Shown: positions 40,761 through 61,298 of the stretch, one piece after another
Layout: every line of letters begins with the position of its first letter
Numbering within the stretch: the stretch's first letter is position 1
Assembly: GCA_012295275.1 (NCBI GenBank)
Contig: CM022678.1
Span: forward strand, 11,904,001 to 11,968,000
Direction: 5' to 3'
Length of the DNA: 64,000 nucleotides
From: Chrysomallon squamiferum
Taxonomy: Eukaryota; Animalia; Mollusca
The notes under the pieces: generated by a model
Told to the model about the DNA's origin: nothing
Seen by the model: only the letters and a program-made list of their open reading frames with translations
Database searches by the model: none
Made by a program: the position numbers and the translations under genes

Positions 40761-42094
40761 AACTGTTAATTATAACGTTATATTTTATGTTCCTCTGAAA
40801 ACTGTGATATTTCTAAGGAACATTTTAAATATACCGTTCCATCTGTGATATTTCTAAGGAACATTTTAAATCTACCGTTCCATCTGTGATATTTCGTTGA
40901 CATTAATATTGTTAATTATATAACTGTTTCCAGTTCACTGTCTTTTTAAGTTTTGTATCATTTGTAAATGTGATGCAAAAAAATAACGAAAAAATCCCCA
41001 CACTCATTAATATTGTTAATTATATAACTGTTTCCAGTACATTGTCTTTTTAACGAAAAATGTAAGATTTTTTATTTTTAAATCCCCACAAAAAAACCCA
41101 CAAAATCCTTACATTTATTGTTAATCTTTATTTTATTTTCACGCAGTTGTCAGAGTTGTAAATAAACTTTACTTTATTAAAAATAAATTTAAAAAAAAAA
41201 AAAAAAATCTGTTTTGTTTTGTAATTTAATTAATGTGAAATTCATGTAAAAAGAAAACATATATTATTTGTAGATTACTGTACCTGGTGATCAGTACTGA
41301 CTAAATACTTTATATTTTAGTTCATTTAAATTATCACACCCACTTACATGGTTAATTATACCACTGCTTCTAGTACATTGTCTTTTTAACGAAAAATGTG
41401 AATTTTCTATTTAAATCCCCACAAAAAAAAAATCCTCACATTTATTGTTAATCTTTATTTTATTTTTACAGTTTTCAGTTGTAAATAAAATTTCACTTTT
41501 TATCAAAAAAAAAAAGAAAACATTAATGTGACAGTAATGTAAAAAGAAAAAATATATACATATGATTATTGTGCCTGATGAACAGTGTAGACTAAATATT
41601 TCATATTTTAGTTAATGTAAATTATCACTAGTATTACAAAGAAAAAAATGTTTCTTTTTTATAAAAACTAAATTTCTTCTTCCTTTTCTATAAAAAAAAA
41701 ATACAAAAAAAAAATACAAAAACAAAAACCGAAAAATGTTTCTCTTTTATTTTGTAATTTAAAAAATGTGACAGTAATGTAAAAAAACAAACAAATATAT
41801 ATTATTTGTTGATTAATGTACCTGCTGACCGGTACAGACTAAATACTTTAAATTTTAGTTCATGTAAATTATCACCAATATTAACATCAAATTTATATTT
41901 TTCTTTTATGGTTGCAGTAAAAAACAAAAAAAACTAAATCACTGTGTTTGTTTGTCTATTTCTTTTGTTTGTTTGTTTTTATACTGCAAAACCTTTCTTT
42001 GTGGAGAATGATAAATATATAACTCTTGAAATAATAATAATAATAACAGTGGTCTGTCCAGCATTTGTAAAAAGAATGGCAGGAATGGGCGTAA

Positions 42095-43171
42095 CTTTGA
42101 AGCCAAATCATCATGTGTAATGTGAATCAATTTGTTTGGTTTTATCTGTCCTGTGAGGATCTTCTGAAATAAACCCTGAAACGAGAATTAGTTTTATTAA
42201 TTATTGTCCTAATACTGTCCTAATACTGTCAATATCATTATAACTTATCGATGAAGTTGGGTATTGTTATAATGAGCTTTAATTATAATTATTTTATCAA
42301 CAATTTATTATTTATCCAAAACAATTTTATATGTATAACAAAGTTTAAATATAATTTATCACATAAACATTTTATTATGTATAACAAACTTTGATTGTAA
42401 TTTATTTTATCAACAATTTATTATATATAAAGAACCTTAATTATAATTTATCCCATAAAAAAATGTATTATTTATAACAAACTTCAATTATGATTTATCC
42501 CATAAAATTTTTATTATTTATAACATACTTTAGTTATAATTTATTTTATGTATAATAATTTTATTTACCTTATTCTTGGGGTCTCGGATGTTGAAGACTA
42601 GTGTATACGATATTTATTTGTATTCTTGTGTCCCATGTCCTCAAAATAATTGAACAAAACCTCCTCAATCTTCAGGGCCAAAGCCGTAATCTCATTTGTT
42701 GAGTACATCATATCATCAGCATCTTTTGTTCTGTAATTTTGATATCTGAATTGTGGTATTGGAAATTTGATACTCATAAAAAAAAGTAAATCTAAATAGC
42801 TAGAAAATAAATTTATTTTTAAATGTTAATACTCATCATGGATTTAAAAAAGAGAAGAAATAAATTTAAAAAAAATAAAGTTTAAAAACAAAACAATAAT
42901 ACTTAGCAGAAGAACCACATTTAACCCGTGATACTAAAATTATTTCTTTCATTGTTAGAATTATTAAATAATTAACATCAAGTTAACACATCCATGAAAT
43001 GTTTTATGGTAAGCTATTTATTATCTTTAGTTACAAAGACTGTAAAGATGTAAAAGACATACCGATTGGCTAAAGCGTCTCTAAGAGGTTTTTTAACATT
43101 CAGTCTGATTCGATCAGGGCCTTCTGCTCCTTTATTTTTCATAAAGATTGTTTTGTTTGCATGGAATCAGT
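42095..43171 (-). pseudogene. DIDO1: DIDO1/PHF3-like TFIIS central-domain exons (43171-43063, 42730-42569, 42175-~42095 truncated)
   Basis: Spliced translation DRIRLNVKKPLRDALANR|TKDADDMMYSTNEITALALKIEEVLFNYFEDMGHKNTNKYR/TLVFNIRDPKNK|GLFQKILTGQIKPNKLIHITHDDLASK resembles DIDO1 as recalled (IRQNIRRSLKEILWKR..KYRSIMFNLKDPKNQGLFHRVL). Canonical splice sites; 2-bp insertion; last exon truncated. Confidence 0.85.
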
Positions 43172-44090
43172 CTGTGACAAATAAATAAACAGATAAATAA
43201 AGAAAGAAAGAAAAGAAGAAAGAAAGAAACAGGATGACTAGATAAATAAAGATTATGTAGTCCTATTTTCAAATCTTCTATATAGAGAATGAACTTTTTT
43301 GTTCTTATTTTCTTCACAGCTTAATACAAGACGAGTATCTTTTCACAGTATCAGTATAGAAAAGGAAAATATTTATACAAGCTTTGCACCTATACATTTT
43401 TCTTCATAGTTTATAAGCACAGACATAACTTTTGTACATGTAAGACTAAAAATTCCATACCTTTAGGGCTAGAAAACGTATTAACTCTTTGGCTTTAATA
43501 CAATATAACTTTACCTCTACCTTTAGTAAAAATACGCCCTAGCTTCCATAGCTATATAAAGATTTATATATCTTGCATACAGGCAAATGTCTTACCATCA
43601 CAGCTTTAGAGCAGTCAAATGTAATTTTATATAATAATACTGATCTTGGATTTAAAAAATATAATAAAAAAGAAATAAAGAAATGAAAAATGAAAAGATA
43701 CAAAACACAACAGTAATACTTACCATAGCTTTAGTACAGACAAATATATTAGTGCAAATATATTACTACCATAGCTTTATTACAAACAAATGTATTACCC
43801 ATTATAGCTTTAGTACAGACAAATGTCTTACTGTCATAGTTTTAGTACAGACAAATATAGTTCAGGATACTATAAAAATTATCTCACTGTAGAAAGGTAA
43901 CAAGTGACTGCTAAAAAAATAATAATAGAAAGAAAGAGAAGAAAAAGTGATAATGAATGTACCAAGATGACACTGCAACATAATAGGATACTAAACAATC
44001 ATCTGATCTATGTGAAATAGTGAAAAATCATCAACTTTTGCAACTGACAACATTTGTTTTCCTCCTTCCAGTAAAAATTGGTGTTCTATA

Positions 44091-47000
44091 GCAAAACTTA
44101 ATAAAACACAGACATAAATTCAACTTGCAGATATAAAATAGTCTAAAAGAAAACTTCAACCATATTCAGTAAAAATTAAACTGAAATACAACTGTCACTT
44201 GGCACCTCATTCAAACTCTATTTTAAGATTTCATCAGACTAGCTTTGCCTTTCTTCACAAAAATCTTGGGTTTTAGACAGTTTAAGAAAATGCAGAAGTC
44301 GCGATTCTTGAGCCGCAGTTCAAGGATTTCTGATGTATATATTCTATGATTATTTTAAACTGATAATTAAAAAGTCTGAACCTAACTCTCCTGGGAGAAT
44401 GCTGTCTAGATTCCAGTGTTCTACGTGACTGTTAGGGTGTATCACTGTGGCCACATTACTGGTTATTATAACTGGCTTGTTCACAATCTGCTTCAAAGTC
44501 GAATTACCCAACTGAATGTTTTCTGATGTAAGTAATTCTCCAGGAACAGTAGATTCCAAAACAGCTGGATTTTAATCTTGTGTAGCAGCTCTATTTTGTG
44601 CTGCTAAAACTGAATCCAATGCTGATGATGTGACTGCAGCACTTGATTTTGGTACTGATGTTGCCATCTTCAATTGTAAATTTGATGAAACTGTTTCCAA
44701 ACAAGTTTCCGTAGTCTCAGATATACTGTCCTGATCAAGTGAAGTTATAGTTTCAGGACTTAATACACTTGCTATCTGCGTACCTGTTGTTTCTGCCTTC
44801 TGCAGTGATTCCGATATTTCACACACATAAAAAAAAACTGGGAATTTGTTTTTAAAATAAAATAAAATAAAGCATGACAGTTTTTGTTTATACAACCAAA
44901 CTACGTTACTAATAATAAATACGCTAAAATAAACACACAAGTAAAAAAAATACATTGTGTCTACATCATTTCTAAGCACAACAGAATAACTGAATATAGA
45001 TAAGCAGCAAACAAAGTTGTGCCAAATCGCAACAGCATAATGCAATCTAACGTATATTCATAATTGTAAAGAACAAATCTAAGTTCTAACTTAGTTAATT
45101 TACTAAACCTCTTTTATATTTTACTTTGTCTGCTGACCTTAACCATCACACTTCGTACAGAACAGCTAATTATAATATGCAAATCGATGACTGCAGCTAG
45201 AACATGTTAAAAGGCGGAATTATTTCATTTCTTTCGTTAAACTCTCACCGACATTTTCGTAAAATAAAGCCGCCATTAGAAGTGCGTGGCTGCTTCCTAA
45301 ACATCAATATTTCTTATGAATTATAAATAGCCGTTACTTGATTGTAGAAATATTTATTTTAAATGTATTTTATAGCTGAAATAGAACAGCATACCATAAT
45401 ATAAATTATAACACATGAACAAATGCAAAAACATATTAAAATATATTACAATGACGACTGTTTCATTAGTTTTCTCTTTCATTTCATTCTCGATAGTCAT
45501 TTTTTTCTCAAACATCTGAGTGATTAATTTTCGATAGCATCTGATTTTAGTAGGTTTAATAACAATATTTTCGTTTAGGTTGCTAAGTATATATATATAT
45601 ATAAATGATAGCGATATACAGTGAATACGTATAAAGGAAAATGCGCATTGTTATGTCGTCAAAGTTACAATAGTTGGATAGAGAGTAGTATCGTCAATGC
45701 GGTATAATTGTTTACTTTTATTTGGTACCTAAATAATTTTCAACGAAAAATTAAAGAAGAAATGAATGTTTTAATTAAACAAAAACAAAAAAACAATTGA
45801 ATATTTTTATGCATTTAAACAACATTTCCTTGATTATCTCCAATTTAAATTTGGTACTTTTTTCTTTTGGGACGGGATATTTAAGTACGTTAACGTCATT
45901 CCATACATGACGTCATTGTTTTGTAATAAAACAGAAGTCGCATAACGTTTTGTTATCGTGTTTTCAAAATTTTCGAAGGTAAAAACTGTTTGAAGTAATG
46001 TTAAGTAAGTGGGTATCAAACTCCTGTCAAATGACGTTGAATAATATTTATTTATTTTTCCAAATGTAACGTTTATAACTTGTGAACTCGCTTTTTACAG
46101 AATATCCAATAGTTATGCCGTTAGGTCACATGGTAGTTCCTTGATGAAACTGATTGTTTTTAAATTTCGAATACTTATATTTACACCAACAGTTTGCCAG
46201 CATTAGCATCCCTGTAGTATTAGCGATACCACACTCACACACACGTTCACGAAAACATCCAATATTTCCATATACAGATGGTGTATATGAACCAGCAACA
46301 TTGTATATGCATCTGCGTATGCAAATGTGTAATGTTTTTCTGAACGTATGTATGTTTTCCTGAATATATGTGTCTGCGTGCATGTGCATGTTAACGGCTG
46401 TGCGTGCATGTGTGTGTTTCTGCAACTGTTCATATACACACACATACAGACACACACACACATATATATTTGCATCTGCATATTCATACATACGACAACT
46501 GTGCGTGCATGGACTCGTGCAAATATATATTTCCATGACTGCATGCATACAGAGTTGTGGTATATATTAGCCTGCACCCTTGCATATGGATCTGTATAGG
46601 CACCTCGACATACGAGTGCCCAACTTACGAGTTTTACGAGTTATGAGCAGTCGCCCGGTCGATTTTTTGCTTTGCGTTGCGAGCGAAAATCCAAGTTACG
46701 AGCAAAATCCGGCCAGCATCCCGCGTCTCACTCGTTTACTTCACGTGGTTACCTCGCCGCGAAGCTTCTCTGTTGTGTTGTGTTCGCGTTTTGTGCACTA
46801 TTTGCCAAATTTCTTTTTTCTGACCATCGACCCTAAGAAAGTGAGTACAAAGGACAGTGCTGAGAAGAAGAAGCGAATGATGTCCATTGAATTAAAACTT
46901 GAATTCATGGAAATACATGAATGAGGTGTACATGTAGTCGACTTGGCGAGGCAGTACGAGCATAGTACTTCTGCGATATGTACCATATTGAAGCTGAAGG

Positions 47001-47254
47001 ATTCGGAAAAGGCTGTAACTCCAGCCATAGGCGTGAAAATAATTTGTCTGATCTTCAAGATGAACACACTTTACAAAAACAAATTTATTTCCTTAGAATA
47101 GCTTTTATTTATTTTTTTTTTTTTTGCAATATTTGTGATTTATAAATGCATTTTTCTTATTTAAAAAGACGATATTTAAATATATATATATTATATTATA
47201 TTTATAATAGTACCTTGACTTACCAGAGCCCCATCTTACGAGTTATATATATAG

Positions 47255-47291
<37 letters not shown>

Positions 47292-48060
47292 CAGTCCGAT
47301 TCGAATACGCGATAAATCCATTTTCTTTGTTTTGAGAGAAATGACTATTTCTGCTCTGGAGTTGATAACATTTTATGTAACGAAGGTCTATAGTCTACTG
47401 AATAGAACAGCGGCTGACGAAGAATTTTGAGGAAAATGATTATAGCGCGTTGAACGCCTGTCAAATGCTGAACTTTTGGTGGCGTATTTTTTATAAATTT
47501 TGATTTTGGCGTTTATCGCCATTTGGAATTAAATTCTTCATAAATGTATACATTCACACACACACACACACACACAGACAGACACACACACACACACAGA
47601 CATATACATACATACATACATACATATACATAACTCTTTGTGTGTGTGTGTGTGTGTGTTTGTGTATGTTTGTGTGTGCGACTACACCAAAAACACTAAG
47701 CACCACCACCAATAACATTTTACACACAAGCGATGATGGAAGCTCATACACACATAAACACCCACATTTATATAGTTATATATGCGCCTGCATACTCTCA
47801 GGCACACTACATTCATTCATTCATACACAAACACAACCAAGTATGCATATACAAATACATATACATACCAATGTGAAACGTGTACGTTTTCATGTACGCA
47901 TACTTACATCTCTTTATATATATATATATACGTCTCACACACAAACACACACACGCACACACACACATGCACACATATTCACATACACTATTATTCCATT
48001 AACTTGAAAGTAATTAAATCATTATTTAATTATGTTAAGCAATTAATTTAATAATCTAGG
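44091..48060. repeat. Segmental duplication copy B (DIDO1-like 5' region, promoter, Tigger remnant)
   Basis: Colinear with copies A and C; has an internal deletion near 44940. Confidence 0.93.
46595..47045 (+). mobile_element. Tigger/pogo element left end and transposase N-terminus, copy B
   Basis: TIR-like taggcacctcgacatacgagtgcccaacttacgag with subterminal ttacgag motifs, followed by DPKKVSTKDSAEKKKRMMSIELKLEF and a stop. Confidence 0.8.
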
Positions 48061-48859
48061 CGTATTTATTTTTAAATTTTTATTTTGGCGTTTATCGCGT
48101 TCTGGAATTCAAGTCTTCATATAGGTATACATTCACACACACATATACATACATACATAAACTGTTCTGGTCAAGTGAAGTTTTAGTCTCAGGACTTAAT
48201 ACACTTGCTATCTGCGTAGCTGTTATTTCTGCCTTCTGCAGTGATTCCGACATTTCACACACATAAAAAACAGGGGAAATTTGTTTTAAATAAAATAAAA
48301 ATAAACCATGACAGTTTTTGTTCAACAAAAGCACGTTACTAATAATAAATAATGTAAAATAAACACACAATTAATACAAAGTGATCACTGAAGAAATACA
48401 CACTAAATTATAAAAGCCCCAACAACTTAGTTTCATTATTTGGTTCAGCATTCAAGTGACTAAGTTTTAAATATAAATAATTGACACAGAAGAGCATATC
48501 TGAAATATGCTAGTTCCTGATTCAGTTCAAGTGAAATATTCTAATTCTAGAAATGGGAATATTTATCGGTAATTATTTACAAACGACAACACGTAGAAAA
48601 AGGTAACAAATTATCTAAAGACCGAACCCTGGAACGAAATAAAACGAAAACGCAAATAAATCTCACACCATTGTTATACTTGGCATATTGTGTCTACATC
48701 ATTTCTAATTTGAATATATACATATAAGCAGCAAACAAAGTTGTGCCAAATCGGAACTGTATTATGCAATCTAACGTACATTGTAACATTCGTCATTGTA
48801 TATGACAAATCAAGTTCAACTTACTTAATTTCCTAAACCTGCTTCATATTTTACTTTGT

Positions 48860-49318
48860 CTGCTTACTTTAACCATCACACTTCGTACAGAACAGCTAAT
48901 TATAATGTGGAAATCGAGTACTGCAGCTAGAACATGTTAAAAGTCGAAATTATTTCATTTCTTTCGTTAAACTCTCACCGACATTTTCGCAAAATAAAGC
49001 CGCCATTGCAAGTGCTTGGCTGCTTGCTAAACATCAATATTTCTTATGAATTATAAATAGCCGTTACTTGATTGAGAAATATTTATTTAAAATGTATTTT
49101 ATAGCTGAAATAGAACAGCATACCATAATATAAATTATAACACACCATGAACAAATGCAAAAACATATTAAAATATATTACAATGACGACTGTTTCATTA
49201 GTTTTCTCTTTCATTTCATTCTCGATAGTCATTTTTTTCTCAAACATCTGAGTAATTAATTTTCGATAGCATGTGATTTTGGTAGCTTTTATAACAATAT
49301 CTTCGTTTAGGTTGCTCA

Positions 49319-49350
<32 letters not shown>

Positions 49351-49670
49351 AGATAGATAGTTGGATAGAGAGTAGTATCCTCAATGCGGCATAATTGTTT
49401 ACTTTTATTTGGTACCTTAATCATTTTCAACGCAAAATTAAAGAAGAAGAAATGAATGTTTTAATTAAACAAAAACAAAAAAAAATAGAATATTTTTATG
49501 CATTTAAACAACATTTCTTTGATTATCTCTAATTTAAATAGGGTACTTTTTTTTTTCGAGGCGGGATATTTAAATACGTTAACGTCGTTCATACATGACG
49601 TCATTGTTTTGTAATAAAACAGAAGTCGCATAACGTTTTGTTATCGTGTTTTCAAAATTTTCGAAGGTAA
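48860..49670. promoter_or_regulatory. Putative bidirectional promoter, also present in copies A (~34880-35715) and B (~45130-45980)
   Basis: Minus side: YY1-like gccgccatt and a first exon with a gtaagc donor. Plus side: ggcggg, tatttaaa, CRE palindrome tgacgtca (49596) and an AAG|gtaaaa donor at 49667 (gtaaga in copy A). Confidence 0.45.
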
Positions 49671-50239
49671 AAACTGTTTGAAGTAATGTTTAGTAACTGG
49701 GGATCAAACTCCTGTCAAATGACGTTCAATAATATTTATTTATTTTTCGAAATGTAACGTGTTATAACTTGTAAACTCGTCACATGGTAGTTCCTTGACG
49801 TAACTGATTGTTTTTAAATTTCAAATACTTATATTTACTTCAACAGTTTGCCAGCATTAGCATCCCTGTAGTATTAGCAATACCACACACATACACACAC
49901 ACGTTCACGAAAACATCACACATTTGCATATAGAGATGGTGTATATGAACCTGCAACATTGTATATGCATCTGCGTATGCAAATCTTTTTCTGAACGTAT
50001 GTATGTTTTCCTGAATATGTGTGTCTGCGTGCATGTGCATGTTAATGGCTGTGTGTGTTTCTGCAATTGTTCATATACACACACATACAGACACACACAC
50101 ACACATATATATTTGCATCTGCATATTCATATGTACGACATGCATGCAGTCATCGAAATATATATGTATATATTTCCATGACTGCATGCATACAGAGTTG
50201 TGGTATATATTAGCCTGCACCGTTGTATATGGATCTGTA

Positions 50240-50615
50240 TATGCACCTCGACATACGAGTGCCCAACTTACGAATTTTACGAGTTATGAGCAGTCGCCCG
50301 GTCGATTTTTTGCTTTGCGATGCGACCGAAAATCCAAATTACAAGCGAGCTTCAGATACTCTGCCGCTAGTTGGTGCAACTAACAACACAAAATCCGACC
50401 ATCGACCCTAAGAAAGTGAGTACAAAGGACACTGCTGAGAAGAAGAAGCGGGTGATGTCCATTGAATTAAAACTTGAATTCATAGAAATACATGAGCGAG
50501 GTGTGCTGCATGTAGTCGACCTGGCTAGGCAGTACGAGCATAGTACTTCTACGATAAGTACCATACTGAAGCTGAAGGATTCGAAAAAGGCTGTAACTCC
50601 AACCATACGCGTTAA
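50240..50615 (+). mobile_element. Tigger/pogo element left end and transposase N-terminus, copy C
   Basis: Same TIR-like start and DPKKVSTKDTAEKKKRVMSIELKLEFIEIHERG...STSTISTILKLKD. Confidence 0.8.
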
Positions 50616-50676
50616 AATAATTTGTCTGATCTTCAAGATTAATACACTTTACAAAAACAAATTTATTTCCTCAGAA

Positions 50677-50714
<38 letters not shown>

Positions 50715-51698
50715 GTGTTTGTGATTTATAAATACATTTTTCTTATTTAAAAAGACGATATTTAAATATATATATATATATACATACATACACACAATGG
50801 TACCTTGACTTACCAGAGCCCCAACTTATGAGTTATATATATATATGTCTGTGTGTGTGAACAGTCCGATTCCAATACGCGATAAATCCATTTTCTTTGT
50901 TTTGAGAGAAATGACTATTTCTACTCTGGAGCTGATAGCATTTTATGTAACTAAGGTCTATAGTCTACTGAATAGAACAGCGGCGGATGAAGAATTTTGA
51001 GGAAATTGATTATAGGGCGTTCAACGCCTGTCAACTGCTGAACTTTTGGTGGCGTATTTTTTTAAAATTTTGATTTTTTCGTTTATAGCGTTTTGGAATT
51101 AAATTCTCATATATGTATACATTCAGACACACACACACAGAGACACACACACACACATACATACATACATATATTTATCTCTTTGTGTGTGTATGTGTGT
51201 GTTACTACACCAAAAACACTAACCACTACCATCAATAACATTTCACAAACAAGCACATATGGAAGTTCACACACATAAACACGCACAGTTATACACTTAT
51301 ATATGTGCCAGAATGCACACAGCCACACTGCAATCATTCATATACACATACACAAACACAACCAAGTATCCATACACAAACAAATAGATGTACATACAAA
51401 CGTGTACGTTTTCATGTATGTATACACTTACATCTCTTTATATATATACGTCTCTCTCTCTCATACACACAAACACACAGAGACATGCACACATATTCAC
51501 ATACACCATTATTGCATTGAGTTGAAAGTAATTAAATCATTATTTAATTATGTTAAGTAATTAATTTAATAATCTCGGCGTATTTTTTTTTATTTTTACT
51601 TTGGCGTTTATAACGTTTTGGAATTAAAGTCTTCATATATGTATACATTCACACACATATACATATATACATACACGTATCTTTGAGTCTCTGTTTCT

Positions 51699-51750
<52 letters not shown>

Positions 51751-52143
51751 TACCAGAAACACTTACTAACCACCACCAATGACATTTTACAACAATTTTC
51801 AAACCAGCACATATGGAAGCTCACACACACATATACACAAACAGTCATGTATGTGCCTGCACGCACACAGCCACACTGCATTCATTCATATACACAAACA
51901 AGTAGGCATAAACAAATGCATATACACACCAATGTGAAACGTGTACGTTTTCATGAATGCATACACTTACATCTCTTTATATATACGTCTCACACACATA
52001 CACACGCACACACACGCACACACACACGAACACATTCACATACACTATTATTGCATTAAGTCCAAACTTATTAAATCATTATTTAATTACATTAAGTACT
52101 TAATTTAATAAGCTAGGTGAAATGTTGTTATTGTTTTCTTCAG

Positions 52144-58301
<6,158 letters not shown>

Positions 58302-58534
58302 GGGATAATATATGCCCTTAAAACTGATTTAGCTTTATGTATATATATATATTTTATGTTCCTCTGATAACTGTGATATTTCTAATGAACATTTGTGAAT
58401 CTACTGTTCCAGCTGTGATATTTCGTTGACATTAATGTCAAACAAACATTTGTAAATGTGGTGCAAAAAAATAACTTAAAAATCCCCACACAATAAAAAC
58501 ACTTTAAAAAAACCCCCCCCAAAAAAACACTTTC

Positions 58535-58579
<45 letters not shown>

Positions 58580-58584
<5 letters not shown>

Positions 58585-59665
58585 TCTTGTTTTCTAATTT
58601 AATTAATGTGAAATTAATGTAAAAAGAAAAGAAATATATATTATTTGTATATTACTGTCCCTGGTGACCAATACAGACTAAATACTTTATATTTTAGTTC
58701 ATGTAAATTATCACCAGTATTAAGATGAAAAAAAAAAGAAAAAAAAAGTTAAAAAAAAATTCTGTTTTGTTTTCTAATTTAATTAATGTGAAATTAATGT
58801 AAAAAGAAAACAAATATATATTATTTATAGATTACTGTACCTGGTGACCAGTAGTGACTAAATATTTTATATTTTAGTTCATTCAAATTATGATCACTTA
58901 TGTGGTTAATTAACAAATTCCAAAAAAAAAAAAAAAACGGAAAATGTGAAATTGGTTTTTAAATCACCACAAAAAAAAATCCTCACATTTATTGTTAATC
59001 TTTATTTTATTTTTAAGTTGTGAGTTGTAAAAAAATTTCCATTTTTATCAACAAAAAAAAAACAACCCAAAAAAACCCCATTAATTAATGTGACAGTAAT
59101 GTAAAAAGAAAACAAATATATATTATTTGTAGATTACTGTACCTGGTGACTAATACAGACTAAATACTTTATATTTTAGTTCATGTAAATTATCATCTAA
59201 TGTAGTATTAACATAAAAAAACAAATAAAAAAAAAACATGTTTTTCCTTTTATATATATATAAAGATGTTGTTGTTCCTATTTTATTGAAAAAAACAGAA
59301 AAAGAAACAAAAGATTCTCTTTTATTTTGTAAAATAATCAATGTGACAGTAATGTAAAAAAAAAAAAAATATACATATATTTGTTGATTACTGTACCTGG
59401 TGAACAGTATAGACTAAATATTTTATATTTTATCACCAGTATTTTTGTAAATTATTACCAGTTTTAATAAAAATTTTAAAAAAAATAAACCGTTTTTTTC
59501 TCTTTTATTTTGTAATTTAATAAATGTGACAGTAATGTAAAAAAACATACAAAAACAACAAATATATATATTATTTGTTGATTACTGTTCCTGGTGACCA
59601 GTACAGACTAAATATTTTATGTTTTAGTTAATGTAAATTATCACCAGTATTAACATCAAATTTTT
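58580..59665. repeat. Five diverged copies of a ~120-bp core with AT-rich spacers (three further copies at ~41225-41890)
   Basis: aatgtaaaaagaaaacaaatatatattatttgtagattactgtacctggtgaccagtacagactaaatactttatattttagttcatgtaaattatcacc recurs at ~58615, 58795, 59095, 59350 and 59530. Confidence 0.85.
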
Positions 59666-59713
59666 ATTTTTTTTTTTTTTTTACATATTTTATTTTTTAT
59701 TTTATGGATCCAG

Positions 59714-59746
<33 letters not shown>

Positions 59747-60017
59747 AAAAGAAAACCAAATCACTGTGTTTGTTTGTCTTTTTTTTTATTTGTTTGTTTT
59801 TATACTGCAAAATCTTTCTTTGTCGAGAATGATAAATTTATAACTCGTGACGGTGACATTATTTTACATTTTTATTTTAAATGCTGAGTGAACTAAATAA
59901 CAGTAATAGTAATAATAACAATAGTGTTCAAGTTAATAATAACAGTGATAATAATAATAATAGTGATGATGATGATAATAATGATAATGATAATAATAAT
60001 ACTGATAATAATAACAC

Positions 60018-60360
60018 CAGTGATCTCCTAGCATTTATGGAAGGAATGGCGGGAATCGCGAGTCTGCTGCAAGTTAAATGAAGGGACGGTACAGGAAATT
60101 TTCAGGGTATAAGTACTTTGAACAACGTTCAAACAACTTGTTTGTCAAAAACACTCCTATAAATAATTGCATCAAATGCATTATCTGTTAACAAGTTTAG
60201 TTTATTTGCAATTAAATAATATCAAAGTTTTTTTTTTTATTTAGTATACAAAATGAAGTTCACTAAATAAACAGGTGGCGGATATTGCTGTTGTTGCTGC
60301 CGCCGAATGGCAGATGAACTCGTTGTAACCTGTAAGATCTTACAATAGGTAGCGAGACCT

Positions 60361-60363
<3 letters not shown>
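60018..60363. mobile_element. Putative hAT-like MITE inserted in (AAT)n
   Basis: Imperfect TIRs cagtgatctcctagc / ggtagcgagacctctg; a related left end sits at ~42048-42092; TSD not resolvable. Confidence 0.4.
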
Positions 60364-60413
<50 letters not shown>

Positions 60414-61091
60414 GTCTGACACCAAATTACCTAAATTAAGTCCAGCTGCAATAATAATAATTAATTTAAAAATTAAGAGCACATAATATTATTTACGACT
60501 GAATTATGATGGTGCACTGCAATAAAGTAGGACAAAATGAAATGCAGAAAATGAAGGAACAAAAACAACAAGGTTATAGTTACATTGTATCTGATAATCA
60601 TATCTTTATTGTTTATTTATTTATTTATTTATTTTTTAATAGTTTTTATCATAAAATCAGCACTTTACAATAAATAGCACAACATTGCTAAAATCAGCAT
60701 TACTGAATGAAACATTTCAACTTTGCATTATTACTACTCCACCACTATTGTGTATCATTTTGGCTTGAATTATTTATTGCAGTTAAAATAACATGGGTAC
60801 ATTTTATAAAATAACAACTTTTATTTTAATTATTCAAAATTTATTTGCACCCATTCTACTGAAAATCAAATCAAAATCAAAGACTCTAGCCATTACGCAA
60901 AAATAAATATATACTGGACAATAAACATACTTCTTCACCCCAGTTTACTTGTACGAGAGTAAATATACATTCAAGACTTCTGCGTATATGTGTCTGTCTG
61001 TGTGCAGATTTACATATACAGCCAGTACATTGAAACAAGGTAGACGTGTCTTTGTGTGCTGTGTTTGTATGCTAGGTGTTTTGGTGTGTGA

Positions 61092-61138
<47 letters not shown>

Positions 61139-61251
61139 TGGTGTGAAGATTTACAGATAAACCCAATTATACAAATGAGACAGTCTTCTTTCTGTGTGTG
61201 TGTGTGTGTGCGTGCGTGCGTGCGTGATTGGATTTACTTAATCCAATAAGA

Positions 61252-61298
<47 letters not shown>

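Larger units (their letters stand above)
48165..51577. repeat. Segmental duplication copy C; its last ~520 bp are repeated again at 51577-52115
   Basis: Colinear with A and B; the ttggaattaaa.tcttcata...ttaataatct.gg block recurs in tandem. Confidence 0.92.
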
